52,586 nt of DNA, taken from assembly GCA_017558715.1 (NCBI GenBank), contig JAFYTT010000246.1, forward strand, positions 1-52,586, in the 5' to 3' direction. The position numbers and the translations under genes were made by a program. The notes under the pieces were generated by a model, which saw only the letters and a list, made by a program, of their open reading frames with translations, searched no databases and was not told where the DNA came from. Position 1 is the stretch's first letter, and every line of letters starts with the position of its first letter. The DNA comes from Clostridia bacterium (lineage in GTDB: Bacteria > Bacillota > Clostridia > Oscillospirales > CAG-272). Positions 9,284 through 18,607 of the stretch are shown here, piece after piece.

Positions 9284-10768
9284 TTACTGCAATTCTACAT
9301 CATTTAAGGACTGATAGAATTTTTCGATGGTCTTGAGAGCCGTTTTTTCCTGTCTTGCATAGTACGAAGCAAAATCTGCGGATTTCTGCGTCAGAGAAAG
9401 ACTCGAGAGTGCAAAGAACAGATCAGAGAAGCCGCCGGAGAAACCGAAATAATTTCCGCCCGGTTCATAACAGATGGTGTCGAACACAATATCAAGCATC
9501 TTGACTGCATTTTCGTCGCGCGCGAGCTTGCCGGTAAGTACGGTATCGTAATAGGTGGGAAGAACGGAATTTCCGCTTTCATACGCCTGAAGCTCCAATA
9601 CCGCGCCGACCAATTCCGGATCGGTGATGGAAAGCGGAATACCCATCAGACCGCCCCAGTCAAGCGAACGGTAAGTCTTTTGCGCTTCATCATATTTCGG
9701 ATACGGCAGGAAACCGAACTCTACCGTGTAGTCGCGCATTTTCTCTGCCCATGTCAGCGTTTCCAGATCAAACAGCAAGCGTCCTGTATCCAGCGTGAGG
9801 TGATATCCCTCATATTCGCTTTGCGGCATGAAGCAGACATCCTGTTTTGCCAGATCGGCAAACATTTCCACGATGTGCAGCATCTTTTCCGTATTGATGG
9901 CAAGTGTGATCTGTCCGTCGGATGTCTTTTCTGTGATAAACTGATCTGCACCGGTGACAAAGCTGTTGTATTTGGAGACCTCGGAAGCGGTTACACCAAA
10001 GCGGTCGTATTCACCTTCCATTTTGCCGTTGCCGTCCAGGTCAGAGACAACAGTGCGTGCCATCTGCGTGAAGACATCCAGCGTCCAGCGTCCGTCGTAA
10101 ACGAGCTGATACGGATCCTCAAATTCCAGATCGTTGATCATATCCTTGGAGAAGTAGACGATATACGGACAGGGAAGCATATAATCGTTGACGGCAAAAT
10201 AGGTGTTTTCGCCCAACCGCAGGGCATCCATCTGTTCCTTATTCCACCACTCCGCGTTGATATCGATATGGGGCATCTCATCAAGGTTATAAAGATAACC
10301 CTGAGACGCAAAGGAAGAGACACCTTCGATACAGTGGAAGAGCACCTGCTGATAGACATCGTCTCCGGCAAGCACGGTCGGCTTAACGGTATTCGGAACT
10401 TCCGTGATCGCCGTGGATTCCAGAAGCGTGTGCTGCAGATCGACATTCAGCCGCTCTTCGATCGTACGGGTACGCGCATAGATGGCATCGTTCATGATAT
10501 CTCCGTTTTCCTCATCGGCAAAGAAATAATAAAGATATCCCTGCCAGGAGAAGGCGATGGTGTGGAATGCTGCACCGCCGAAATCCAGATTCTCCGGTAA
10601 ATTACATGCGGGACGTTTGCTGACGGCTTCGGTTTCTGCAACTGTATCGGGGGTGTTGTCCGGAGCATTCGTCTGGATGTCGGACACGTCGGCGGGTTCT
10701 GCACAGGAAAGCAGGGACGCGGCAAGCAGCAGTGTGGCTGCAAGTGCAGCTGATAAACGCGTTTTCAT
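9284..10768 (-). CDS. Extracellular solute-binding lipoprotein, paralogue 3
   Basis: 494 aa with lipobox LLSC. Carries the NLPENLDFGG and GDIMNDAIYARTRTIEERLN blocks. GGAGGA RBS. Starts 17 nt after the VanY-like stop. Confidence 0.75.
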   Translation of the reverse strand: MKTRLSAALAATLLLAASLLSCAEPADVSDIQTNAPDNTPDTVAETEAVSKRPACNLPENLDFGGAAFHTIAFSWQGYLYYFFADEENGDIMNDAIYARTRTIEERLNVDLQHTLLESTAITEVPNTVKPTVLAGDDVYQQVLFHCIEGVSSFASQGYLYNLDEMPHIDINAEWWNKEQMDALRLGENTYFAVNDYMLPCPYIVYFSKDMINDLEFEDPYQLVYDGRWTLDVFTQMARTVVSDLDGNGKMEGEYDRFGVTASEVSKYNSFVTGADQFITEKTSDGQITLAINTEKMLHIVEMFADLAKQDVCFMPQSEYEGYHLTLDTGRLLFDLETLTWAEKMRDYTVEFGFLPYPKYDEAQKTYRSLDWGGLMGIPLSITDPELVGAVLELQAYESGNSVLPTYYDTVLTGKLARDENAVKMLDIVFDTICYEPGGNYFGFSGGFSDLFFALSSLSLTQKSADFASYYARQEKTALKTIEKFYQSLNDVELQ

Positions 10769-10785
10769 GGTTTTTGATCCTCCAT

Positions 10786-11763
10786 TTATTGTTTCTTTTG
10801 TAAGATTCCCGATACATAATAATATCGGTAGGTATTGTCAAAGGAGACCTCCACATCCGTCAGTGTGTCGGGAATGTAGATCGTATCCTCAGTTTCGGTT
10901 TGTCGGTAGATGACATACGTGTTGGTCACACCGTCCTCACCGGTGAAATCAACCAGATAATATCTGCGCTTGGTGGTATACGATTCATCAACAAATTCCT
11001 CCAGCGGCATCCGCTCCTTATACATCAGCGCCGCATGCGGCTGACCGACATAATGAATGTGCCATGGCTGGAAGAAGACACCGGTCCACTCGCCTTCCCA
11101 GAACGGGTAGCGGACGATGAAGCCGAAGCGCCATGCGTTGTGATACAGCCATTCTGCCATATCGGAGGTCATATAAGTGCGGAAATCCTCACCTTCGATG
11201 AGCAAATCGATGGATGTGCCGGTGATGTGTTCGCTCGTATCGTAGTATTCGATCATATAGCAGTCATTTCCGAGATCACGCTCGGGGACTGCGCCGTCGA
11301 TATAGGAATCGCCCAGTGCAAAGCGCGAACCGGTTTCCTTCTCTGCCACGTCGAGCAGTTGCTTCAGCGCATCCGCTGCACCGCGGATCATCGTGACCGT
11401 GCCGTAGCCGTCAATTTCCGTTTCCTCAAGCAGTAAGGAGAAATCCTCGTCGTGGATAAAATAGCGGTCATTGAGGATATACAGACCGTTGGTATAGTTG
11501 ATGCCCTCAATCTTGCCGCGCCGCAGATCGTCCAGTGCGTAATAGGTAATCTCCGTATCCGGGTCGCAGATATCCACGATATAGTCGGTATAAGTGACCG
11601 CAGATACCGTTTCAATGCGGCTTTTTCCGAAATAACGGTCAACAATGCCCCATGTGACATTCGGACGTGTGAGCAGGATAATGATCCAGATCAAGGCACA
11701 GGCACCGAGGAAAATACCCCAGTTGCGGGCAAGCAGGAGCCAGCGTTTGGTGCGGTTTTTCAT
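10786..11763 (-). CDS. Membrane-anchored D-alanyl-D-alanine carboxypeptidase (M15B, VanY-like)
   Basis: N-terminal TM anchor. Zinc-peptidase motifs SEHITGTSID and QPWHIHYVG match the VanY family pattern. AAAGGA RBS. Confidence 0.8.
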   Translation of the reverse strand: MKNRTKRWLLLARNWGIFLGACALIWIIILLTRPNVTWGIVDRYFGKSRIETVSAVTYTDYIVDICDPDTEITYYALDDLRRGKIEGINYTNGLYILNDRYFIHDEDFSLLLEETEIDGYGTVTMIRGAADALKQLLDVAEKETGSRFALGDSYIDGAVPERDLGNDCYMIEYYDTSEHITGTSIDLLIEGEDFRTYMTSDMAEWLYHNAWRFGFIVRYPFWEGEWTGVFFQPWHIHYVGQPHAALMYKERMPLEEFVDESYTTKRRYYLVDFTGEDGVTNTYVIYRQTETEDTIYIPDTLTDVEVSFDNTYRYYYVSGILQKKQ

Positions 11764-11834
11764 GTTGGAATTCCTTTCTTTGGGAAATGACAGGAGGTGA
11801 TACTATGGACTGTTGCACAAATTCCTCTTTTGAA

Positions 11835-11901
11835 GGGACAGGCGTCCCCGACTGTCCTGCGTGGGCAGTAGTTCTGCGGGACAGTCGAGGACGCCTGTCC
11901 C
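11835..11901. repeat. Large imperfect palindrome (23-24-bp arms, 20-nt loop)
   Basis: GGGACAGGCGTCCCCGACTGTCC (11835-11857) pairs with GGGACAGTCGAGGACGCCTGTCCC (11878-11901) with one internal mismatch. No flanking T-run on either strand. It lies between the ABC exporter genes and the VanY-like gene. Confidence 0.8.
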
Positions 11902-11930
11902 TACATCATTCGGATTTGAGAAGAGTTTGA

Positions 11931-12002
11931 TTCTGAAAGTTGAGCCAAGCTCAATTCTGAAAGTTGAGCAGTGCTCAGTTTTGAAACTGAGCACGGAACA
12001 GC
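11931..12002. repeat. Three tandem 24-nt units, each with a short hairpin
   Basis: TTCTGAAAGTTGAGCCAAGCTCAA / TTCTGAAAGTTGAGCAGTGCTCAG / TTTTGAAACTGAGCACGGAACAGC. The third unit encodes the last residues (AQFQN-stop) of the minus-strand ABC gene. Confidence 0.75.
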
Positions 12003-13795
12003 TTACTGTAAATACCGTCTTCCTTTTGCAGGAGCTCGTCGTGGGTTCCCATTTCGGCGACATTACCGCCGGAAAGGACGAGAATACAGTCGGCGTTGCG
12101 GATGGTCGACAGACGGTGTGCGATGACAAAGCAGGTTCTGTCCTGCATCAGACGCACCATGGCTTCCTGAATCTGAATCTCTGTACGGGAGTCGACGTTG
12201 GAGGTCGCCTCATCTAAAATCAGCATCGAGACATCGGCAAGCATCGCACGGGCAATGGTAAGAAGCTGTTTCTGTCCCTTGGAAATACCCGTACCGTCGT
12301 CGGACAGTACAGTCTGATAGCCATCAGGGAGCGATTCGATGAAGGTATGAATCTTCGCCGCTTTTGCCGCCGCGATGACTTCTTCTTCGGTCGCACCTTC
12401 CTTGCCGTAGGCAATGTTGTCAAAGATCGTACCGCCGAACAGCCAGGTTTCCTGCAGTACCATTGTATATGCCGCACGCAGGCTGTCGCGCGTGACCTCA
12501 CAAATGTTGTGTCCGTCCACGGAAATCGTTCCCGACTGCGGGTCATAGAAGCGCATCAGGAGATTAATGATGGTCGTTTTTCCCGCCCCGGTCGGACCGA
12601 CGATGGCGATCATCTTGCCGGGTGCGACATTGAGTGAGAGATCGCCGATGATAATGCGGTCCTCGGTATAGCCGAAGCGCACATGGTCGAGGTTGACCGC
12701 GCCTCTGACATCGGTGAGAACCTTTGCGTCGGGAATATCGGACTTCTCGGACGGCTCGTCCAGCAGACGGAAGACACGTTCCGCCGCGGCACATGCCGAC
12801 TGCAGCTCCGCAAAAATATTTGCCATTTCGTTGATGGGACCGGAGAAGCGGCGGCTGTACTGGATAAATGCCGTCACATTGCCAAGCGTCACACGACCGA
12901 ACATATACAGCATCGCACCGAACATCGAAATCAGCGACAGCGACAGATTGTTGATGAAGTTGACGCTCGGACCGATCATACAGCCCTGATAGTCGGCTTC
13001 GTAGTAAGCATTGACCGCATCGTTGTTGTGTCCGTCGAAGCGATCAACGATGACGGATTCTCTGTGGTATGCCTTGATGGTCTTCTGTCCAGACAGCATC
13101 TCCTCCGCATAGCCGTTGAGCGCACCGAGCATGGCAGAACGGCGGCGGAACAGAGGCTGTACCTTCTTCGCTTTATAGCGGGTAAAGAGGATCGACATCG
13201 GAACGGTGATGCAGAAGACAAGCAGCAGAAGTGGGGAAATCTTCACCATCATGATCAGAGAACCGACGATGGTGATAAAACTGGTACAGATCTGGATGAC
13301 ATCGTTTGACAGCGATGCATTCACTGTATCGATATCGTAGGAAATATGGCTGATGATTTCACCCGTCTGGTTGACGTCAAAATAACTGACGGGAAGCGTG
13401 GTCAGATGCTCGAAGACCTCACGGCGCATTGTTTTGGTGATGCGCTGGGACAGTCGGATCATCAGCGTTGCATTGACATAGGAAAGGACCGCCGATACGA
13501 TATAAAAAACCAACATCAATGCGCAGTATCGGAACACCGACGGAAAATCAACAGCCCCCTTGCCGGGTTCAATGGCATCGATTGCCGCACCCGACAGCGT
13601 CGGACCGATCAGTGAGAGAATATTGGAGGTGAGCATCAGGAGCAGAATCGCGGCAATCAGCGGCTTGTAGCGCAGCATATAACCGCCGAGCCGACGGATG
13701 ACACGGATACGCTGGGCACCGGTCATCGCCTGATCTTTCACCTGATTCTTTCCCGGAGTTTTACCGCCGGGCTTAAGCGGACCGCCTCTGTTCAT
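11975..13795 (-). CDS. ABC exporter, fused permease/ATPase subunit (heterodimer partner B)
   Basis: Six-helix exporter domain plus NBD, with Walker A GPTGAGKTT, signature ISKGQKQ and Walker B MLILDEATS. The start overlaps the upstream stop (ATGA). An internal Met 24 start is also possible. Confidence 0.85.
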   Translation of the reverse strand: MNRGGPLKPGGKTPGKNQVKDQAMTGAQRIRVIRRLGGYMLRYKPLIAAILLLMLTSNILSLIGPTLSGAAIDAIEPGKGAVDFPSVFRYCALMLVFYIVSAVLSYVNATLMIRLSQRITKTMRREVFEHLTTLPVSYFDVNQTGEIISHISYDIDTVNASLSNDVIQICTSFITIVGSLIMMVKISPLLLLVFCITVPMSILFTRYKAKKVQPLFRRRSAMLGALNGYAEEMLSGQKTIKAYHRESVIVDRFDGHNNDAVNAYYEADYQGCMIGPSVNFINNLSLSLISMFGAMLYMFGRVTLGNVTAFIQYSRRFSGPINEMANIFAELQSACAAAERVFRLLDEPSEKSDIPDAKVLTDVRGAVNLDHVRFGYTEDRIIIGDLSLNVAPGKMIAIVGPTGAGKTTIINLLMRFYDPQSGTISVDGHNICEVTRDSLRAAYTMVLQETWLFGGTIFDNIAYGKEGATEEEVIAAAKAAKIHTFIESLPDGYQTVLSDDGTGISKGQKQLLTIARAMLADVSMLILDEATSNVDSRTEIQIQEAMVRLMQDRTCFVIAHRLSTIRNADCILVLSGGNVAEMGTHDELLQKEDGIYSKLFRAQFQN

Positions 13796-15507
13796 TCAAA
13801 TGCACCTCCCAGCTGAGAATCCGCAATTTCGCGGTAGATTTCACAACAATCGAGCAGCTCTTCATGCGTGCCCGCCGCGACGATCTCACCCTCATCGATG
13901 ACAAGGATATGGTCGCAGTGCATGACCGCGGAAATACGCTGTGCAACGAGGATCGTCGCCTTGGTATCGCTGCAGTTCTCACGCAGGGCACGGCGGAGAT
14001 TGGCGTCGGTCTTGTAGTCAAGTGCCGAGGAGGAGTCGTCAAGCAGAAGAATTTCGGGGTGACCTGCCAGTGCGCGTGAAATCAGGATTCTCTGCCGCTG
14101 ACCGCCGGACACATTGGTACCCTTGGTCGTCAGCATATGGTCAAATCCATCATCCAGCGCATCGATGAATTCCAGCGCCTGCGCATGTTCTGCGGCACGG
14201 CGGATGTCCTCCATCGGAATGTCACGTCCGATGCGGATGTTTTCCGCAATGGTGTCCTCATAAATAAAGTCGTTTTGCAGCGCCACGCCGAACTTTTCGC
14301 GCAGTTCGCCGTCTTCCATGGCGCGGATATCCTTTCCGCCGATACGGATGGCACCGGAGTTGACATCGTAAAACCGCAGAAGCAGAGCGAGGAGCGTTGT
14401 TTTACCCGATCCTGTTGCGCCGATGATACCGAGCGTACCGCCCTCCTTGACGGAGAAGGAGATATCGCGGACATTGTCGCGTGCGCCGTTATAGGAGAAG
14501 GTGACATGATCGAAGACCAGATAATCTTCTCCCGGTACAGTCAATTTCTGCGTTATCTCCATATCCACGGGAATATCCAGCACCTCACCGATGCGGTTTG
14601 CCGATGCCGCACCCTTGGAATACATGACAAACATACGGGTGATCGACATCATGGCATTGGAAATCAAGGTGAAATACGAAATAAACGCCATAATCTTACC
14701 GGGTTCGCTGATGCCTGCATTGACGCGGAACGCACCGACGAAGATCACGGCAGTCAGACCGGTATTGAGAAAGATCGTCATGAGCGGGTTGGTTGCCGCC
14801 ATCGTTACGCCGGCTTTGGTTTCGCTTTTCACCAACGCTTCGTTGGCTTCTTCATAACGGCGGCGTTCGTAATCGGTCTTGGACAGTGCTTTGATGACAC
14901 GCACGCCCTGAATATTCTCGCGGACAACGCGCACCATGCTGTCGACCGATTTCTGCATCTGCGTATAGAGCGGAATACCCTTTGCGGAAATCTTCCAGAC
15001 AACAACGGTGATAAACGGCAGAACAGCAACCATGACGAGCGTCAGAACGGGCTCCATATAGGCAGTGACCAGAATACCGCCGATGAGCAGAATGGGGGCA
15101 CGGACACCGAGTCTCTGCATCATGCCGAGCATATGGTGGACGTTATAGGTATCGGTTGTCAGACGGGATTCCAGAGAGGGAATGGTAAAGGTATCGACCT
15201 GTCGGCTGGACAGGTACATGGTGCGGGAGAACAGGTCGTGACGGAGAGCCCGGGATGCGTCACGCGCGACGGCAGATGCCATGCGGTTGGCGATGACGTT
15301 GCCCGCCATACAGATGACCGAGCAAACGATCATCATCACGCCCCACAGAACGATCAGCGGCACATTTTCGGTCGGAACAACCTCGTCGATGATATGTGCG
15401 AGAATAAAAGGGAGCAGAAGGTCGGTGATCGTACCGATGAACTTGATGACAAGCCCTGCTGACATACGTCCGAGGTACGGTCTGATGTAATGCAGAATGT
15501 ATTTCAT
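13792..15507 (-). CDS. ABC exporter, fused permease/ATPase subunit (heterodimer partner A)
   Basis: Walker A GATGSGKTT, signature VSGGQRQ, Walker B ILLLDDSSS. The start overlaps the dusB stop (ATGA). Confidence 0.85.
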   Translation of the reverse strand: MKYILHYIRPYLGRMSAGLVIKFIGTITDLLLPFILAHIIDEVVPTENVPLIVLWGVMMIVCSVICMAGNVIANRMASAVARDASRALRHDLFSRTMYLSSRQVDTFTIPSLESRLTTDTYNVHHMLGMMQRLGVRAPILLIGGILVTAYMEPVLTLVMVAVLPFITVVVWKISAKGIPLYTQMQKSVDSMVRVVRENIQGVRVIKALSKTDYERRRYEEANEALVKSETKAGVTMAATNPLMTIFLNTGLTAVIFVGAFRVNAGISEPGKIMAFISYFTLISNAMMSITRMFVMYSKGAASANRIGEVLDIPVDMEITQKLTVPGEDYLVFDHVTFSYNGARDNVRDISFSVKEGGTLGIIGATGSGKTTLLALLLRFYDVNSGAIRIGGKDIRAMEDGELREKFGVALQNDFIYEDTIAENIRIGRDIPMEDIRRAAEHAQALEFIDALDDGFDHMLTTKGTNVSGGQRQRILISRALAGHPEILLLDDSSSALDYKTDANLRRALRENCSDTKATILVAQRISAVMHCDHILVIDEGEIVAAGTHEELLDCCEIYREIADSQLGGAFE

Positions 15508-16562
15508 TTGACTTCATTCACGTCCTTTTCTTTGAGTATTTCAAGAAAGGGGGTAAGCAAAGCTATCATTTCCGAAGGCGTTTCTGCTTTCATGATGTCC
15601 GCACGAAGCGCGGCGGAACCGGGGAAGCCTTTTGTATACCAGGCAAGATGTTTTCTGCCTTCCTGGACACCGATATAGTCACCTTTCAGCGCGATCAGTT
15701 TGTCCAGATGCTCCATCGCGGCACACAGGCGTTCATAGTGGGTCGGCGGCGTATAGGGGATACCGTCCATATCGGCGATGATCTCGTCGAAGATCCACGG
15801 ATTGCCGTAGACACCGCGTGCAATCATGACACCGTCACATTCCGTTGTCAGCCGCATATGACGGGCATCGGCGGCGGTATAAATGTCTCCGTTGCCGACA
15901 ACGGGAACGGATGCGTCAACCGCCTGACGAACCGCCTTGATACAGTCAAGATCAACGGGCGGGGCATATAGCTGGGAGCGTGTCCTGCCGTGCACAACGA
16001 TGCAGGCGACGCCGAGCGATGCCGCGATTTTGGCAATTTCCACGCAGTTTTTGGAGTTTGCGTCCCATCCCGCGCGGATTTTGACGGTGACGGGAAGGTC
16101 TGTCGCACCGCGGACCGCTTCGATGATCTGTCCGGCCAGTACGGGATTTTTCATCAGCGCGGATCCTTCGCCGTTGTTGACAATTTTGGGCATCGGACAG
16201 CCCATGTTGATGTCAATGGCGGCGGGAATACGGGTACAGGGAGTATCGGGGGCAGAAAGTGTTTTTGCGGCAAATGCCATGATTTCGGGTTCCGAGCCGA
16301 AAATCTGCACGGCACACGGCATTTCCTCCTCGGAGATATGCGCCAACACCGCTGTTTTTTTGTCGTGATACCACAGTGCCTTTGCCGAGATCATTTCCGT
16401 GACGGTGTAATCCGCTCCGTGTGCACGGCAGACAGCCCGGCAGGGCGCATCGGTGACACCTGCCATCGGTGCCAGCATCAGACCGTGGGAAAGAACGGTT
16501 TCTCCGATGGAGAATGATTTTTTTATAGGTAGATCGATCATGTTTGTGAATGATTTCCTCAT
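15504..16562 (-). CDS. dusB: tRNA-dihydrouridine synthase
   Basis: Motifs LAPMAGVTD, IDINMGCP and VHGRTR, with the C-terminal helical domain. The start is uncertain: 16562, or the Met 8 codon at 16541. Confidence 0.85.
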   Translation of the reverse strand: MRKSFTNMIDLPIKKSFSIGETVLSHGLMLAPMAGVTDAPCRAVCRAHGADYTVTEMISAKALWYHDKKTAVLAHISEEEMPCAVQIFGSEPEIMAFAAKTLSAPDTPCTRIPAAIDINMGCPMPKIVNNGEGSALMKNPVLAGQIIEAVRGATDLPVTVKIRAGWDANSKNCVEIAKIAASLGVACIVVHGRTRSQLYAPPVDLDCIKAVRQAVDASVPVVGNGDIYTAADARHMRLTTECDGVMIARGVYGNPWIFDEIIADMDGIPYTPPTHYERLCAAMEHLDKLIALKGDYIGVQEGRKHLAWYTKGFPGSAALRADIMKAETPSEMIALLTPFLEILKEKDVNEVK

Positions 16563-16586
16563 TTAATAATATGGTTTTCCGATTCT

Positions 16587-16609
16587 ATTCTATTATTTTA
16601 TAATAGAAT
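16587..16609. promoter_or_regulatory. Perfect 10-bp-arm palindrome in a divergent promoter region (possible operator)
   Basis: ATTCTATTAT-TTT-ATAATAGAAT, located between dusB (minus) and the small membrane protein gene (plus). Confidence 0.35.
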
Positions 16610-16722
16610 TGTGAACAGACTTTTAACATCGTGCAAAAAAGTATGGATTCCCATTGCAAAATCTGAAAATTTATGATAAAATGAATCCACATCCATACAA
16701 ACAGAAGGAGCGACTGATCCCC

Positions 16723-17034
16723 ATGGCTAACAATACGAAAAAACAGACAGGCAAAACAAAAAAATCCAATCCGCTGATTACCGCCGCATATGTTGTCGGG
16801 ATTGCCCTTGCTGTCGGCGGGTATGTCTTTGCGGACGCATCGGGCTATCTGATTCCGGGACTTTCCCCGTTTGCCCTTGCCGCTGTCATCGGTGTTTATA
16901 CTTATGAGCACTATCAGAACAACAAAGCCAACCGCGACGGTATGCTGATGCCGCAGATGATCATTCTCGGGATCCTGGCGGCAGTCAATGTCTTCTGGGG
17001 CGCTTTGCAGATTTATGCTTTTATCGTGTCCTGA
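16723..17034 (+). CDS. Small membrane protein (three predicted helices), unknown function
   Basis: ORF 16654-17034 trimmed to the ATG at 16723 (GAAGGAG about 12 nt upstream). Lys-rich N-terminus MANNTKKQTGKTKKSN followed by hydrophobic segments. Confidence 0.6.
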   Translation: MANNTKKQTGKTKKSNPLITAAYVVGIALAVGGYVFADASGYLIPGLSPFALAAVIGVYTYEHYQNNKANRDGMLMPQMIILGILAAVNVFWGALQIYAFIVS

Positions 17035-17051
17035 CATCCGAAAATTCAGAA

Positions 17052-17080
17052 AATTCCGGTGAGAAACCGGAATTTTTTTA
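17052..17080 (+). terminator. Intrinsic terminator
   Basis: AATTCCGG (17052-17059) / CCGGAATT (17067-17074) followed by TTTTTTTA. Confidence 0.75.
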
Positions 17081-17194
17081 TACAACCCATTGCATTTTCA
17101 AAGGAAGTGTTATATAATATATATATTCGTATCTGTTTTCTATACAGCATGACAAAAATGCCAAGATACATTCCACAGAAAGGATTGATGATAT

Positions 17195-18589
17195 ATGAAG
17201 AGAATCTGTATTAAGGAAATTTATCGGGATATGGCAGCGTTCGACGGCAAGTCCATCACCGTCGCAGGCTGGGCAAGAAATATCCGCGCAAGCAACGCGT
17301 TCGGTTTTATCGAACTGAATGACGGCAGCTACTTCAAGAATCTGCAGGTTGTTCTGGAGGACGAAAAGCTCTCCAACTATAAGGAAATTGCACACCAGAA
17401 CATCGGCTGTGCACTGATTGTCACCGGTGTCCTCGTTCTGACGCCCGACGCAAAACAGCCGTTTGAATTAAAGGCAGAAACCGTTGAGGTTGAAGGTGCA
17501 TCCACGCCCGATTATCCGCTGCAGAAGAAGCGCCACACGATGGAATACCTGCGTACCATCGCGCATCTGCGTCCGCGCGCAAACACGTTCAACGCAGTCT
17601 TCCGTGTCCGTTCCACCGCGGCTTATGCCATTCATAAGTTCTTCCAGGAACGCGGCTTCGTTTATGTCAACACACCCATCATCACGGGTTCCGACTGCGA
17701 AGGTGCAGGTGAAATGTTCCGCGTTACCACGCTGGATATGAACAACCCGCCTCGTCTGGAGGACGGTTCCGTCGACTGGTCCCAGGACTTCTTCGGCAAG
17801 TCCACCAACCTGACGGTTTCCGGTCAGCTGGAAGCAGAAACCTTTGCTATGGCTTATGCAAACATCTATACCTTCGGTCCGACCTTCCGCGCCGAAAACT
17901 CCAACACCCAGCGCCATGCATCCGAATTCTGGATGATGGAGCCCGAAATTGCATTCGCAGACCTTGCCGACGACATGGAACTGGCAGAGGACATGATCAA
18001 GTATGTCATCCGCTATGTCATGGAAGAATGTGCGGCTGAAATGGAATTTTTCAACAGCTTTGTGGACAAGGGTCTGATCGACCGTCTGACAGCACTCGTC
18101 AACAGCGAATTCGGTCATGTCACCTATACCGAAGCCGTTGAACTGCTCAAGAACTCCGGCAAGGAATTCGACTATCCTGTTGAATGGGGTATCGACCTGC
18201 AGACCGAGCATGAACGTTATCTGACCGAAGTGATCTTCGGCAAGCCCGTTTTCGTCACCGACTATCCGGCCGACATCAAGGCGTTCTATATGCGTCTCAA
18301 CGATGACGGCAAGACGGTTGCGGCAATGGATATGCTCGTTCCCGGCGTCGGCGAGCTGATCGGCGGTTCCCAGCGTGAAGAGCGTCTGGACTATCTGGAA
18401 CGTGCAATGGCGAAGTTCAACCTCAATCCCGAGGACTACTGGTGGTACACCGAACTGCGCAAGTACGGCGGAACGCACCATGCCGGCTTCGGTCTTGGCT
18501 TTGAACGTCTGATTATGTACATCACCGGTGTTTCCAACATCCGTGACGTAGAAGCATTCCCGCGTACCAAGGGTCTGGCTGAATTCTGA
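17195..18589 (+). CDS. asnS: Asparagine--tRNA ligase
   Basis: 464 aa. N-terminal OB-fold segment ([23 protein letters not shown]) and class II motifs [29 protein letters not shown] and GFGLGFERL. Confidence 0.92.
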   Translation: MKRICIKEIYRDMAAFDGKSITVAGWARNIRASNAFGFIELNDGSYFKNLQVVLEDEKLSNYKEIAHQNIGCALIVTGVLVLTPDAKQPFELKAETVEVEGASTPDYPLQKKRHTMEYLRTIAHLRPRANTFNAVFRVRSTAAYAIHKFFQERGFVYVNTPIITGSDCEGAGEMFRVTTLDMNNPPRLEDGSVDWSQDFFGKSTNLTVSGQLEAETFAMAYANIYTFGPTFRAENSNTQRHASEFWMMEPEIAFADLADDMELAEDMIKYVIRYVMEECAAEMEFFNSFVDKGLIDRLTALVNSEFGHVTYTEAVELLKNSGKEFDYPVEWGIDLQTEHERYLTEVIFGKPVFVTDYPADIKAFYMRLNDDGKTVAAMDMLVPGVGELIGGSQREERLDYLERAMAKFNLNPEDYWWYTELRKYGGTHHAGFGLGFERLIMYITGVSNIRDVEAFPRTKGLAEF

Positions 18590-18607
18590 TATTGATTGAA
18601 TAAAACC

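Noticed and set aside
11975-15507. The two ABC genes as the missing transporter for the four SBP lipoproteins.
   Set aside because: Both are fused TMD-NBD half-transporters of the exporter type, with a six-helix N-terminal domain followed by the NBD. SBP-dependent importers use separate permease and ATPase subunits.
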